From positions 320,850,001 through 320,914,000 of the forward strand of contig JBNRSN020000005.1 in NCBI GenBank assembly GCA_051313645.2: a stretch of 64,000 bases of DNA. Direction: 5' to 3'. Origin of the DNA: Centroscyllium fabricii. Its lineage: Eukaryota. Positions 26,101-40,200 of this stretch are shown here, one piece after another (position 1 is the first letter of the stretch; the number at the start of each line of letters is the position of its first letter). Below the pieces are notes generated by a model, which made no database searches, was not told the origin of the DNA, and saw nothing but the letters and a program-made list of their open reading frames with translations. The position numbers and the translations under genes are program-made.

Positions 26101-29100
26101 TGTGGGCAAAGGAGCTGTGAGCTCTGTGGGGGAACGGAGCTGTGAGCTCTGTGGGGAATGGAGCTGTGAGCTCTGTGGGGAATGGAGCTGTGAGCTCTCT
26201 GGGGAATGGAGCTGGGAGCTCTGTGGTGAATGGAGCTGTGAGCTCTGTGGGGAATGGAGCTGTGAGCTCTGTGGGGAATGGAGCTGTGAGCTCTGTGGGG
26301 AATGGAGCATGAGCTCTGTGGGGAATGGAGCTGAGAGCTCTGTGGGGAATTGAGCTGGGAGCTCTGTGGGGAATGGAGCTGTGAGCTCTGTGGGGAATGG
26401 AGCTGTGAGCTCTGTGGGGAATGGAGCTGTGAGCTCTGTGGGGAATGGAGCTGTGAGCTCTGTGGGGAATGGAGCTGTGAGCTCTGTGGGGAATGGAGCT
26501 GTGAGCTCTGTGGGGAATGTAGCTGTGAGCTCTGTGGGGAATGGAGCTGTGAGCTCTGTGGGAATGGAGCTGTGAGCTCTGTGGGGAATGGAGCTGTGAG
26601 CTCTGTGGGGAATGGAGCTGTGAGCTCTGTGGGGAATGGAGCTGTGAGCTCTGTGGGGAATGGAGCTGTGAGCTCTGTGGGCAATGGAGCTGTGAGCTCT
26701 GTGGGCAATGGAGCTGTGAGCGCTGTGGGCAATGAAGCTGTGAGCTCTGTGGGGAATGGAGCTGTGAGCTCTGTGGGGAATGTAGCTGTGAACTCTGTGG
26801 GGAATGTAGCTGTGAGCTCTGTGGGGAATGTAGCTGTGAGCTCTGTGGGGAATGGAGCTGTGAGCTCTGTGGGGAATGGAGCTGTGAGCTCTGTGGGGAA
26901 TGGAGAATGAGCTCTGTGGGGAATGGAGCTGGGAGCTCTGTGGGGAATGGAGCTGGGAGCTCTGTGGGGAATTGAGCTGGGAGCTCTGTGGGGAATGGAG
27001 CTGTGAGCTCTGTGGGGAATGGAGCTGTGAGCTCTGTGGGGAATGGAGCTGTGAGCTCTGTGGGGAATGGAGCTGTGAACTCTGTGGGGATTGGAGCTGT
27101 GAGCTCTGTGGGGAATGGAGCTGTGAGCTCTGTGGGGAATGGAGCTGTGAGCTCTGTGGGGAACGGAGCTGTGAGCTCTGTGGGGAACGGAGCTGTGAGC
27201 TCTGTGGGGAACGGAGCTGTGAGCTCTGTGGGGAACGGAGCTGTGAGCTCTGTGGGGAATGGAGCTGTGAGCTCTGTGGGGAACGGAGCTGGGAGCTCTG
27301 TGGGGAACGGAGCTGGGAGCTCTGTGGGGAATGGAGCTGGGAGCTCTGTGGGGAATGGAGCTGGGAGCTCTGTGGGGAATGGAGCTGTGAGCTCTGTGGG
27401 GAATGGAGCTGTGAGCTCTGTGGGGAATGGAGCTGTGAGCTCTCTGGGGAATGGAGCTGGGAGCTCTGTGGTGAATGGAGTTGTGAGCTCTGTGGGGAAT
27501 GGAGCTGTGAGCTCTGTGGGGAATGGAGCTGTGAGCTCTGTGGGGAATGGAGCTGTGAGCTCTGTGGGGAATGGAGCTGTGAGCTCTGTGGGGAATGGAG
27601 CTGTGAGCTCTGTGGGGAATGGAGCTGTGAGCTCTGTGGGGAATGGAGCTGTGAACTCTGTGGGGAATGGAGCTGTGAACTCTGTGGGGAATGGAGCTGT
27701 GAGCTCTGTGGGGAATGGAGCTGTGAGCTCTGTGGGGAATGGAGCTGTGAGCTCTGTGGGGAATGGAGCTGTGAACTCTGTGGGGAATGGAGCTGTGAGC
27801 TCTGTGGGGAATGGAGCTGTGAGCTCTGTGGGGAATGGAGCTGTGAGCTCTGTGGGGAAGGGAGCTGTGAGCTCTGTGGGGAAGGGAGCTGTGAGCTCTG
27901 TGGGGAATGGAGCTGTGAGCTCTGTGGGGAATGGAGCTGTGAGCTCTGTGGGGAATGGAGCTGTGAGCTCTGTGGGGAATGGAGCTGTGAGCTCTGTGGG
28001 GAATGGAGCTGTGAGCTCAGTGGGGAATGGAGCTGTGAGCTCTGTGGGGAATGTAGCTGTGATCTCTGTGGGGAATGTAGCTGTGAGCTCTGTGGGGAAT
28101 GTAGCTGTGAGCTCTGTGGGGAATGGAGCTGTGAGCTCTGTGGGGAATGGAGCTGTGAGCTCTGTGGGGAATGGAGCATGAGCTCTGTGGGGAATGGAGC
28201 TGGGAGCTCTGTGGGGAATTGAGCTGGGAGCTCTGTGGGGAATGGAGCTGTGAGCTCTGTGGGGAATGGAGCTGGGAGCTCTGTGGGGAATGGAGCTGTG
28301 AGCTCTGTGGGGAATGGAGCTGTGAGCTCTGTGGGGAATGGAGCTGTGAGCTCTGTGGGGAATGGAGCTGTGAGCTCTGTGGGGAATGTAGCTGTGAGCT
28401 CTGTGGGGAATGGAGCTGTGAGCTCTGTGGGGAATGGAGCTGTGAGCTCTGTGGGGAATGGAGCTGTGAGCTCTGTGGGGAATGGAGCTGTGAGCTCTGT
28501 GGGGAATGGAGCTGTGAGCTCTGTGGGGAATGGAGCTGTGAGCTCTGTGGGCAATGGAGCTGTGAGCTCTGTGAGCAATGGAGCTGTGAGCGCTGTGGGC
28601 AATGAAGCTGTGAGCTCTGTGGGCAATGGAGCTGTGAGCTCTGTGGGCAATGGAGCTGTGAGCTCTGTGGGGAATGGAGCTGGGTGCTCTGTGGGGAATG
28701 GAGCTGTGAGCTCTGTGGGGAATGGAGCTGTGAGCTCTGTGGGCAATGGAGCTGTGAGCTCTGTGGGCAATGGAGCTGTGAGCTCTGTGGGGAATGGAGC
28801 TGTGAGCTCTGTGGGGAATGGAGCTGTGAGCTCTGAGGGGAATGGAGCTGTGAGCTCTGTGGGCAATGGAGCTGTGAGCTCTGTGGAGAATGGAGCTGTG
28901 AACTCTGTGGGGAATGGAGCTGTGAGCTCTGTGGGGAATGGAGCTGTGAGCTCTGTGGGGAATGGAGCTGTGAGCTCTGTGTTGAATGGAGCTGTGAGCT
29001 CTGTGGGCAAAGGAGCTGTGAGCTCTGTGGGGAACGGAGCTGTGAGCTCTGTGGGGAATGGAGCTGTGAGCTCTGTGGGGAATGGAGCTGTGAGCTCTCT

Positions 29101-32100
29101 GGGGAATGGAGCTGGGAGCTCTGTGGTGAATGGAGCTGTGAGCTCTGTGGGGAATGGAGCTGTGAGCTCTGTGGGGAATGGAGCTGTGAGCTCTGTGGGG
29201 AATGGAGCATGAGCTCTGTGGGGAATGGAGCTGAGAGCTCTGTGGGGAATTGAGCTGGGAGCTCTGTGGGGAATGGAGCTGTGAGCTCTGTGGGGAATGG
29301 AGCTGTGAGCTCTGTGGGGAATGGAGCTGTGAGCTCTGTGGGGAATGGAGCTGTGAGCTCTGTGGGGAATGGAGCTGTGAGCTCTGTGGGGAATGGAGCT
29401 GTGAGCTCTGTGGGGAATGTAGCTGTGAGCTCTGTGGGGAATGGAGCTGTGAGCTCTGTGGGGAATGGAGCTGTGAGCTCTGTGGGGAATGGAGCTGTGA
29501 GCTCTGTGGGGAATGGAGCTGTGAGCTCTGTGGGGAATGGAGCTGTGAGCTCTGTGGGGAATGGAGCTGTGAGCTCTGTGGGCAATGGAGCTGTGAGCTC
29601 TGTGGGCAATGGTGCTGTGAGCGCTGTGGGCAATGAAGCTGTGAGCTCTGTGGGCAATGGAGCTGTGAGCTCTGTGGGCAATGGAGCTGTGAGCTCTGTG
29701 GGGAATGGAGCTGGGAGCTCTGTGGGGAATGGAGCTGTGAGCTCTGTGGGGAATGGAGCTGTGAGCTCTGTGGGCAATGGAGCTGTGAGCTCTGTGGGCA
29801 ATGGAGCTGTGAGCTCTGTGGGGAATGGAGCTGTGAGCTCTGTGGGGAATGGAGCTGTGAGCTCTGAGGGGAATGGAGCTGTGAGCTCTGTGGGCAATGG
29901 AGCTGTGAGCTCTGTGGGGAATGGAGCTGTGAACTCTGTGGGGAATGGAGCTGTGAGCTCTGTGGGGAATGGAGCTGTGAGCTCTGTGGGGAATGGAGCT
30001 GTGAGCTCTGTGGGCAACGGAGATGTGAGCTCTGTGGGGAACGGAGCTGTGAGCTCTGTGGGGAATGGAGCTGTGAGCTCTGTGGGGAATGGAGCTGTGA
30101 GCTCTCTGGGGAATGGAGCTGGGAGCTCTGTGGTGAATGGAGTTGTGAGCTCTGTGGGGAATGGAGCTGTGAGCTCTGTGGGCAATGGAGCTGTGAGCTC
30201 TGTGGGGAATGGAGCTGTGAGCTCTGTGGGGAATGGAGCTGTGAGCTCTGTGGGGAATGGAGCTGTGAGCTCTGTGGGGAATGGAGCTGTGAGCTCTGTG
30301 GGGAATGGAGCTGTGAGCTCAGTGGGGAATGGAGCTGTGAACTCTGTGGGGAATGGAGCTGTGAGCTCTGTGGGGAATGTAGCTGTGAACTCTGTGGGGA
30401 ATGTAGCTGTGAGCTCTGTGGGGAATGTAGCTGTGAGCTCTGTGGGGAATGGAGCTGTGAGCTCTGTGGGGAATGGAGCTGTGAGCTCTGTGGGGAATGG
30501 AGCATGAGCTCTGTGGGGAATGGAGCTGGGAGCTCTGTGGGGAATGGAGCTGGGAGCTCTGTGGGGAATGGAGCTGTGAGCTCTGTGGGGAATGGAGCTG
30601 TGAGCTCTGTGGGGAATGGAGCTGTGAGCTCTGTGGGGAATGGAGCTGTGAGCTCTGTGGGGAATGTAGCTGTGAGCTCTGTGGGGAATGTAGGAATGGA
30701 GCTGTGAGCTCTGTGGGGAATGGAGCTGTGAGCTCTGTGGGGAATGGAGCTGTGAGCTCTGTGGGGAATGGAGCTGTGAGCTCTGTGGGGAATGGAGCTG
30801 TGAGCTCTGTGGGGAATGGAGCTGGGAGCTCTGTGGGGAATGGAGCTGTGAGCTCTGTGGGGAATGGAGCTGTGAGCTCTGTGGGCAATGGAGCTGTGAG
30901 CTCTGTGGGCAATGGAGCTGTGAGCGCTGTGGGCAATGAAGCTGTGAGCTCTGTGGGCAATGGAGCTGTGAGCTCTGTGGGCAATGGAGCTGTGAGCTCT
31001 GTGGGGAATGGATCTGGGAGCTCTGTGGGGAATGGAGCTGTGAGCTCTGTGGGGAATGGAGCTGTGAGCTCTGTGGGCAATGGAGCTGTGAGCTCTGTGG
31101 GGAATGGAGCTGTGAGCTCTGTGGGGAATGGAGCTGTGAGCTCTGAGGGGAATGGAGCTGTGAGCTCTGTGGGCAATGGAGCTGGGAGCTCTGTGGGGAA
31201 TGGAGCTGTGAGCTCTGTGGGGAATGGAGCTGTGAGCTCTGTGGGGAATGGAGCTGTGAGCTCTGTGGGGAATGGAGCTGTGAGCTCTGTGGGGAATGGA
31301 GCTGTGAGCTCTGTGGGGAATGGAGCTGTGAGCTCTGTGGGGAATGTAGCTGTGAGTTCTGTGGGGAATGGAGCTGTGTGCTCTGTGGGGAATGGAGCTG
31401 TGAGCTCTGTGGGGAATGGAGCTGTGAGCCCTGTGGGGAATGGAGCTGTGAGCTCTGTGGGGAATGGAGCTGTGAGCTCTGTGGGGAATGGAGCTGTGAG
31501 CTCTGTGGGGAATGGAGCTGTGAGCTCTGTGGGGAATGGAGCTGTGAGCTCTGTGGGCAATGGAGCTGTGAGCGCTGTGGGCAATGAAGCTGTGAGCTCT
31601 GTGGGCAATGGAGCTGTGAGCTCTGTGGGCAATGGAGCTGTGAGCTCTGTGGGGAATGGAGCTGTGAGCTCTGTGGGGAATGGAGCTGTGAGCTCTGTGG
31701 GGAATGGAGCTGTGAGCTCTGTGTGTAATGGAGCTGTGAGCTCTGTGGGGAATGGAGCTGTGAGCTCTGTGGGGAATGGAGCTGTGAGCTCTGTGGGGAA
31801 TGGAGCTGTGAGCTCTGTGGGGAATGGAGCTGTGAGCTCTGTGGGGAACGGAGCTGTGAACTCTGTGGGGAATGGAGTTCTGAGCTCTGTGGGGAATGGA
31901 GCTGTGAGCTCTGTGGGGAATGGAGCTGTGAGCTCTGTGGGGAATGAAGCTGTGAACTCTGTGGGGAATGGAGCTGTGAGCTCTGTGGGGAATGGAGCTG
32001 TGAGCTCTGTGGGCAATGGAGCTGTGAGCTCTGTGGGGAATGGAGCTGTGAGCTCTGTGGGGAAGGGAGCTCTGCGCTCTGTGGGGAATGGAGCTGTGAG

Positions 32101-35100
32101 CTCTGTGGGGAAGGGAGCTGTGAGCTCTGTGGGGAAGGGAGCTGTGAGCTCTGTGGGGAATGGAGCTGTGAGCTCTGTGGGGAATGGAGCTGTGAGCTCT
32201 GTGGGGAATGTAGCTGTGAACTCTGTGGGGAATGTAGCTGTGAGCTCTGTGGGGAATGTAGCTGTGAGCTCTGTGGGGAATGGAGCTGTGAGCTCTGTGG
32301 GGAATGTAGCTGTGAGCTCTGTGGGGAATGGAGCTGTGAGCTCTGTGGGGAATGGAGCTGGGAGCTCTGTGGGGAATGGAGCTGGGAGCTCTGTGTGGAA
32401 TTGAGCTGGGAGCTCTGTGGGGAATGGAGCTGTGAGCTCTGTGGGGAATGGAGCTGTGAGCTCTGTGGGGAATGGAGCTGTGAGCTCTGTGGGGAATGGA
32501 GCTGTGAGCTCTGTGGTGAATGGAGTTGTGAGCTCTGTGGGGAATGGAGCTGTGAGCTCTGTGGGGAATGGAGCTGTGAGCTCTGTGGGGAATGGAGCTG
32601 TGAGCTCTGTGGGGAATGGAGCTGTGAGCTCTGTGGGGAATGGAGCTGTGAGCTCTGTGGGGAATGGAGCTGTGAGCTCTGTGGGGAACGGAGCTGTGAG
32701 CTCTGTGGGGAACGGAGCTGTGAGCTCTGTGGGGAACGGAGCTGGGAGCTCTTTGGGGAACGGAGCTGGGAGCTCTGTGGGGAACGGAGCTGGGAGCTCT
32801 GTGGGGAATGGAGCTGTGAGCTCTCTGGGGAATGGAGCTGTGAGCTCTCTGGGGAATGGAGCTGTGAGCTCTCTGGGGAATGGAGCTGGGAGCTCTGTGG
32901 TGAATGGAGTTGTGAGCTCTGTGGGGAATGGAGCTGTGAGCTCTGTGGGGAATGGAGCTGTGAGCTCTGTGGGGAATGGAGCTGTGAGCTCTGTGGGGAA
33001 TGGAGCTGTGAGCTCTGTGGGGAATGGAGCTGTGAGCTCTGTGGGGAATGGAGCTGTGAGCTCTGTGGGGAATGGAGCTGTGAGCTCTGTGGGGAATGGA
33101 GCTGTGAACTCTGTGGGGAATGGAGCTGTGAACTCTGTGGGGAATGGAGCTGTGAGCTCTGTGGGGAATGGAGCTGTGAGCTCTGTGGGGAATGGAGCTG
33201 TGAGCTCTGTGGGGAATGGAGCTTTGAACTCTGTGGGGAATGGAGCTGTGAGCTCTGTGGGGAATGGAGCTGTGAGCTCTGTGGGCAATGGAGCTGTGAG
33301 CTCTGTGGGGAATGGAGCTGTGAGCTCTGTGGGGAATGGAGCTGTGAGCTCTGTGGGGAAGGGAGTTGTGAGCTCTGTGGGGAATGGAGCTGTGAGCTCT
33401 GTGGGGAATGGAGCTGTGAGCTCAGTGGGGAATGGAGCTGTGAGCTCTGTGGGGAATGGAGCTGTGAGCTCTGTGGGGAATGGAGCTGTGAGCTCTGTGG
33501 GGAATGTAGCTGTGAACTCTGTGGGGCATGTAGCTGTGAGCTCTGTGGGGAATGGAGCTGTGAGCTCTGTGGGCAATGGAGCTGTGAGCTCTGTGGGCAA
33601 TGGAGCTGTGAGCTCTGTGGGGAATGGAGCTGTGAGCTCTGTGGGGAATGGAGCTGTGAGCTCTGAGGGGAATGGAGCTGTGAGCTCTGTGGGGAATGGA
33701 GCTGTGAACTCTGTGGGGAATGGAGCTGTGAGCTCTGTGGGGAATGGAGCTGTGAGCTCTGTGGGGAATGGAGCTGTGAGCTCTGTGGGCAATGGAGCTG
33801 TGAGCTCTGTGGGCAATGGAGCTGGAGCACTGTGGGGAATGGAGCTGTGAGCTCTGTGGGGAATGGAGCTGTGAGCTCTGTGGGCAATGGAGCTGTGAGC
33901 TCTGTGGGCAATGGAGCTGTGAGCTCTGTGGGGAATGGAGCTGTGAGCTCTGTGTGGAATGGAGCTGTGAGCTCTGAGGGGAATGGAGCTGTGAGCTCTG
34001 TGGGGAATGGAGCTGTGAACTCTGTGGGGAATGGAGCTGTGAGCTCTGTGGGGAATGGAGCTGTGAGCTCTGTGGGCAATGGAGCTGTGAGCTCTGTGGG
34101 CAATGGAGCTGTGAGCTCTGTGGGCAATGGAGCTGTGAGCTCTGTGGGGAATGGAGCTGTGAGCTCTGTGGGGAAAGGAGCTGTGAGCTCTGTGGGGAAC
34201 GGAGCTGTGAGCTCTGTGGGGAACGGAGCTGTGAGCTCTGTGGGGAACGGAGCTGTGAGCTCTGTGGGGAACGGAGCTGGGAGCTCTGTGGGGAATGGAG
34301 CTGTGAGCTCTGTGGGGAAAGGAGCTGGGAGCTCTGTGGGGAATGGAGCTGTGAGCTCTGTGGGGAATGGAGCTGTGAGCTCTGTGGGGAATGGAGCTGT
34401 GAGCTCTCTGGGGAATGGAGCTGGGAGCTCTGTGGTGAATGGAGTTGTGAGCTCTGTGGGGAATGGAGCTGTGAGCTCTGTGGGGAATGGAGCTGTGAGC
34501 TCTGTGGGGAATGGAGCTGTGAGCTCTGTGGGGAATGGAGCTGTGAGCTCTGTGGGGAATGGAGCTGTGAGCTCTGTGGGGAATGGAGCTGTGAGCTCTG
34601 TGGGGAATGGAGCTGTGAGCTCTGTGGGGAATGGAGCTGTGAACTCTGTGGGGAATGGAGCTGTGAGCTCTGTGGGGAATGGAGCTGTGAGCTCTGTGGG
34701 GAATGGAGCTGTGAGCTCTGTGGGGAAAGGAGCTGTGAGCTCTGTGGGGAACGGAGCTGTGAGCTCTGTGGGGAACGGAGCTGTGAGCTCTGTGGGGAAC
34801 GGAGCTGTGAGCTCTGTGGGGAACGGAGCTGTGAGCTCTGTGGGGAACGGAGCTGGGAGCTCTGTGGGGAACGGAGCTGGGAGCTCTGTGGGGAATGGAG
34901 CTGGGAGCTCTGTGGGGAATGGAGCTGTGAGCTCTGTGGGGAATGGAGCTGTGAGCTCTGTGGGGAATGGAGCTGTGAGCTCTCTGGGGAATGGAGCTGG
35001 GAGCTCTGTGGTGAATGGAGTTGTGAGCTCTGTGGGGAATGGAGCTGTGAGCTCTGTGGGGAATGGAGCTGTGAGCTCTGTGGGGAATGGAGCTATGAGC

Positions 35101-37299
35101 TCTGTGGGGAATGGAGCTGTGAGCTCTGTGGGGAATGGAGCTGTGAACTCTGTGGGCAATGGAGCTGTGAGCTCTGTGGGGAATGGAGCTGGGAGCTCTG
35201 TGGGGAATGGAGCTGTGAGCTCTGTGGGGAATGGAGCTGTGAGCTCTGTGGGGAATGGAGCTGTGAACTCTGTGGGGAATGGAGCTGTGAACTCTGTGGG
35301 GAATGGAGCTGTGAGCTCTGTGGGGAATGGAGCTGTGAGCTCTGTGGGGAATGGAGCTGTGAGCTCTGTGGGGAATGGAGCTGTGAACTCTGTGGGGAAT
35401 GGAGCTGTGAGCTCTGTGGGGAATGGAGCTGTGAGCTCTGTGGGCAATGGAGCTGTGAGCTCTGTGGGGAATGGAGCTGTGAGCTCTGTGGGGAAGGGAG
35501 CTGTGAGCTCTGTGGGGAATGGAGCTGTGAGCTCTGTGGGGAATGGAGCTGTGAGCTCTGTGGGGAATGGAGCTGTGAGCTCTGTGGGGAATGGAGCTGT
35601 GAGCTCTGTGGGGAATGGAGCTGTGAGCTCTGTGGGGAATGGAGCTGTGAGCTCTGTGGGGAATGTAGCTGTGAACTCTGTGGGGAATGTAGCTGTGAGC
35701 TCTGTGGGGAATGTAGCTGTGAGCTCTGTGGGGAATGGAGCTGTGAGCTCTGTGGGGAATGGAGCTGTGAGCTCTGTGGGAAATGGAGCATGAGCTCTGT
35801 GGGGAATGGAGCTGGGAGCTCTGTGGGGAATGGAGCTGGGAGCTCTGTGGGGAATGGAGCTGTGAGCTCTGTGGGGAATGTAGCTGTGAACTCTGTGGGG
35901 AATGTAGCTGTGAGCTCTGTGGGGAATGTAGCTGTGAGCTCTGTGGGGAATGGAGCTGTGAGCTCTGTGGGGAATGGAGCTGTGAGCTCTGTGGGGAATG
36001 GAGCATGAGCTCTGTGGGGAATGGAGCTGGGAGCTCTGTGGGGAATGGAGCTGGGAGCTCTGTGGGGAATTGAGCTGGGAGCTCTGTGGGGAATGGAGCT
36101 GTGAGCTCTGTGGGGAATGGAGCTGTGAGCTCTGTGGGGAATGGAGCTGTGAGCTCTGTGGGGAATGGAGCTGTGAGCTCTGTGGGGAATGGAGCTGTGA
36201 ACTCTGTGGGGATTGGAGCTGTGAGCTCTGTGGGGAATGGAGCTGTGAGCTCTGTGGGGAATGGAGCTGTGATCTCTGTGGGGAACGGAGCTGTGAGCTC
36301 TGTGGGGAACGGAGCTGTGAGCTCTGTGGGGAACGGAGCTGTGAGCTCTGTGGGGAACGGAGCTGTGAGCTCTGTGGGGAACGGAGCTGTGAGCTCTGTG
36401 GGGAACGGAGCTGGGAGCTCTGTGGGGAATGGAGCTGGGAGCTCTGTGGGGAATGGAGCTGGGAGCTCTGTGGGGAATGGAGCTGTGAGCTCTGTGGGGA
36501 ACGGAGCTGGGAGCTCTGTGGGGAATGGAGCTGTGAGCTCTGTGGGGAAAGGAGCTGGGAGCTCTGTGGGGAATGGAGCTGTGAGCTCTGTGGGGAATGG
36601 AGCTGTGAGCTCTGTGGGGAATGGAGCTGTGAGCTTTCTGGGGAATGGAGCTGGGAGCTCTGTGGTGAATGGAGTTGTGAGCTCTGTGGGGAATGGAGCT
36701 GTGAGCTCTGTGGGGAATGAAGCTGTGAGCTCTGTGGGGAATGGAGCTGTGAGCTCTGTGGGGAATGGAGCTGTGAGCTCTGTGGGGAATGGAGCTGTGA
36801 GCTCTGTGGGGAATGGAGCTGTGAGCTCTGTGGGGAATGGAGCTGTGAGCTCTGTGGGGAATGGAGCTGTGAACTCTGTGGGGAATGGAGCTGTGAGCTC
36901 TGTGGGGAATGGAGCTGTGAGCTCTGTGGGGAATGGAGCTGTGAGCTCTGTGGGGAAAGGAGCTGTGAGCTCTGTGGGGAATGGAGCTGTGAGCTCTGTG
37001 GGGAACGGAGCTGTGAGCTCTGTGGGGAACGGAGCTGTGAGCTCTGTGGGGAACGGAGCTGGGAGCTCTGTGGGGAACGGAGCTGGGAGCTCTGTGGGGA
37101 ATGGAGCTGGGAGCTCTGTGGGGAATGGAGCTGTGAGCTCTGTGGGGAATGGAGCTGTGAGCTCTCTGGGGAATGGAGCTGGGAGCTCTGTGGTGAATGG
37201 AGTTGTGAGCTCTGTGGGGAATGGAGCTGTGAGCTCTGTGGGGAATGGAGCTGTGAGCTCTGTGGGGAATGGAGCTGTGAGCTCTGTGGTGAATGGAGC

Positions 37300-40200
37300 T
37301 GTGAGCTCTGTGGGGTATGGAGCTGTGAGCTCTGTGGGGAATGGAGCTGTGAGCTCTGTGGGGATTGGAGCTGTGAGCTCTGTGGGGAATGGAGCTGTGA
37401 ACTCTGTGGGGAATGGAGCTGTGAACTCTGTGGGGAATGGAGCTGTGAGCTCTGTGGGGAATGGAGCTGTGAGCTCTGTGGGGAATGGAGCTGTGAGCTC
37501 TGTGGGGAATGGAGCTGTGAACTCTGTGGGGAATGGAGCTGTGAGCTCTGTGGGGAATGGAGCTGTGAGCTCTGTGGGCAATGGAGCTGTGAGCTCTGTG
37601 GGGAATGGAGCTGTGAGCTCTGTGGGGAAGGGAGCTGTGAGCTCTGTGGGGAATGGAGCTGTGAGCTCTGTGGGGAATGGAGCTGTGAGCTCTGTGGGGA
37701 ATGGAGCTGTGAGCTCTGTGGGGAATGGAGCTGTGAGCTCTGTGGGGAATGGAGCTGTGAGCTCAGTGGGGAATGGAGCTGTGAGCTCTGTGGGGAATGG
37801 AGCTGTGAGCTCTGTGGGGAATGTAGCTGTGAACTCTGTGGGGAATGTAGCTGTGAGCTCTGTGGGGAATGTAGCTGTGAGCTCTGTGGGGAATGGAGCT
37901 GTGAGCTCTGTGGGGAATGGAGCTGTGAGCTCTGTGGGGAATGGAGCATGAGCTCTGTGGGGAATGGAGCTGGGAGCTCTGTGGGGAATGGAGCTGGGAG
38001 CTCTGTGGGGAATGGAGCTGTGAGCTCTGTGGGGAATGTAGCTGTGAACTCTGTGGGGAATGTAGCTGTGAGCTCTGTGGGGAATGTAGCTGTGAGCTCT
38101 GTGGGGAATGGAGCTGTGAGCTCTGTGGGGAATGGAGCTGTGAGCTCTGTGGGGAATGGAGAATGAGCTCTGTGGGGAATGGAGCTGGGAGCTCTGTGGG
38201 GAATGGAGCTGGGAGCTCTGTGGGGAACGGAGCTGGGAGCTCTGTGGGGAATGGAGCTGGGAGCTCTGTGGTGAATGGAGTTGTGAGCTCTGTGGGGAAT
38301 GGAGCTGTGAGCTCTGTGGGGAATGGAGCTGTGAGCTCTGTGGGGAATGGAGCTGTGAGCTCTGTGGGGAATGGAGCTGTGAGCTCTGTGGGGAATGGAG
38401 CTGTGAGCTCTGTGGGGAATGGAGCTGTGAGCTCTGTGGGGAATGGAGCTGTGAGCTCTGTGGGGAATGGAGCTGTGAGCTCTGTGGGGAATGGAGCTGT
38501 GAGCTCTGTGGGGAATGGAGCTGTGAACTCTGTGGGGAATGGAGCTGTGAACTCTGTGGGGAATGGAGCTGTGAGCTCTGTGGGGAATGGAGCTGTGAGC
38601 TCTGTGGGGAATGGAGCTGTGAGCTCTGTGGGGAATGGAGCTGTGAACTCTGTGGGGAATGGAGCTGTGAGCTCTGTGGGGAATGGAGCTGTGAGCTCTG
38701 TGGGGAATGGAGCTGTGAGCTCTGTGGGGAAGGGAGCTGTGAGCTCTGTGGGGAATGGAGCTGTGAGCTCTGTGGGGAATGGAGCTGTGAGCTCTGTGGG
38801 GAATGGAGCTGTGAGCTCTGTGGGGAATGGAGCTGTGAGCTCTGTGGGGAATGGAGCTGTGAGCTCAGTGGGGAATGGAGCTGTGAGCTCTGTGGGGAAT
38901 GTAGCTGTGATCTCTGTGGGGAATGTAGCTGTGAGCTCTGTGGGGAATGTAGCTGTGAGCTCTGTGGGGAATGGAGCTGTGAGCTCTGTGGGGAATGGAG
39001 CTGTGAGCTCTGTGGGGAATGGAGCATGAGCTCTGTGGGGAATGGAGCTGGGAGCTCTGTGGGGAATTGAGCTGGGAGCTCTGTGGGGAATGGAGCTGTG
39101 AGCTCTGTGGGGAATGGAGCTGTGAGCTCTGTGGGGAATGGAGCTGTGAGCTCTGTGGGGAATGGAGCTGTGAGCTCTGTGGGGAATGGAGCTGTGAGCT
39201 CTGTGGGGAATGGAGCTGTGAGCTCTGTGGGGAATGTAGCTGTGAGCTCTGTGGGGAATGGAGCTGTGAGCTCTGTGGGGAATGGAGCTGTGAGCTCTGT
39301 GGGGAATGGAGCTGTGAGCTCTGTGGGGAATGGAGCTGTGAGCTCTGTGGGGAATGGAGCTGTGAGCTCTGTGGGGAATGGAGCTGTGAGCTCTGTGGGC
39401 AATGGAGCTGTGAGCTCTGTGGGCAATGGAGCTGTGAGCGCTGTGGGCAATGAAGCTGTGAGCTCTGTGGGCAATGGAGCTGTGAGCTCTGTGGGCAATG
39501 GAGCTGTGAGCTCTGTGGGGAATGGAGCTGGGTGCTCTGTGGGGAATGGAGCTGTGAGCTCTGTGGGGAATGGAGCTGTGAGCTCTGTGGGCAATGGAGC
39601 TGTGAGCTCTGTGGGCAATGGAGCTGTGAGCTCTGTGGGGAATGGAGCTGTGAGCTCTGTGGGGAATGGAGCTGTGAGCTCTGAGGGGAATGGAGCTGTG
39701 AGCTCTGTGGGCAATGGAGCTGTGAGCTCTGTGGAGAATGGAGCTGTGAACTCTGTGGGGAATGGAGCTGTGAGCTCTGTGGGGAATGGAGCTGTGAGCT
39801 CTGTGGGGAATGGAGCTGTGAGCTCTGTGTGGAATGGAGCTGTGAGCTCTGTGGGCAAAGGAGCTGTGAGCTCTGTGGGGAACGGAGCTGTGAGCTCTGT
39901 GGGGAATGGAGCTGTGAGCTCTGTGGGGAATGGAGCTGTGAGCTCTCTGGGGAATGGAGCTGGGAGCTCTGTGGTGAATGGAGCTGTGAGCTCTGTGGGG
40001 AATGGAGCTGTGAGCTCTGTGGGGAATGGAGCTGTGAGCTCTGTGGGGAATGGAGCATGAGCTCTGTGGGGAATGGAGCTGAGAGCTCTGTGGGGAATTG
40101 AGCTGGGAGCTCTGTGGGGAATGGAGCTGTGAGCTCTGTGGGGAATGGAGCTGTGAGCTCTGTGGGGAATGGAGCTGTGAGCTCTGTGGGGAATGGAGCT

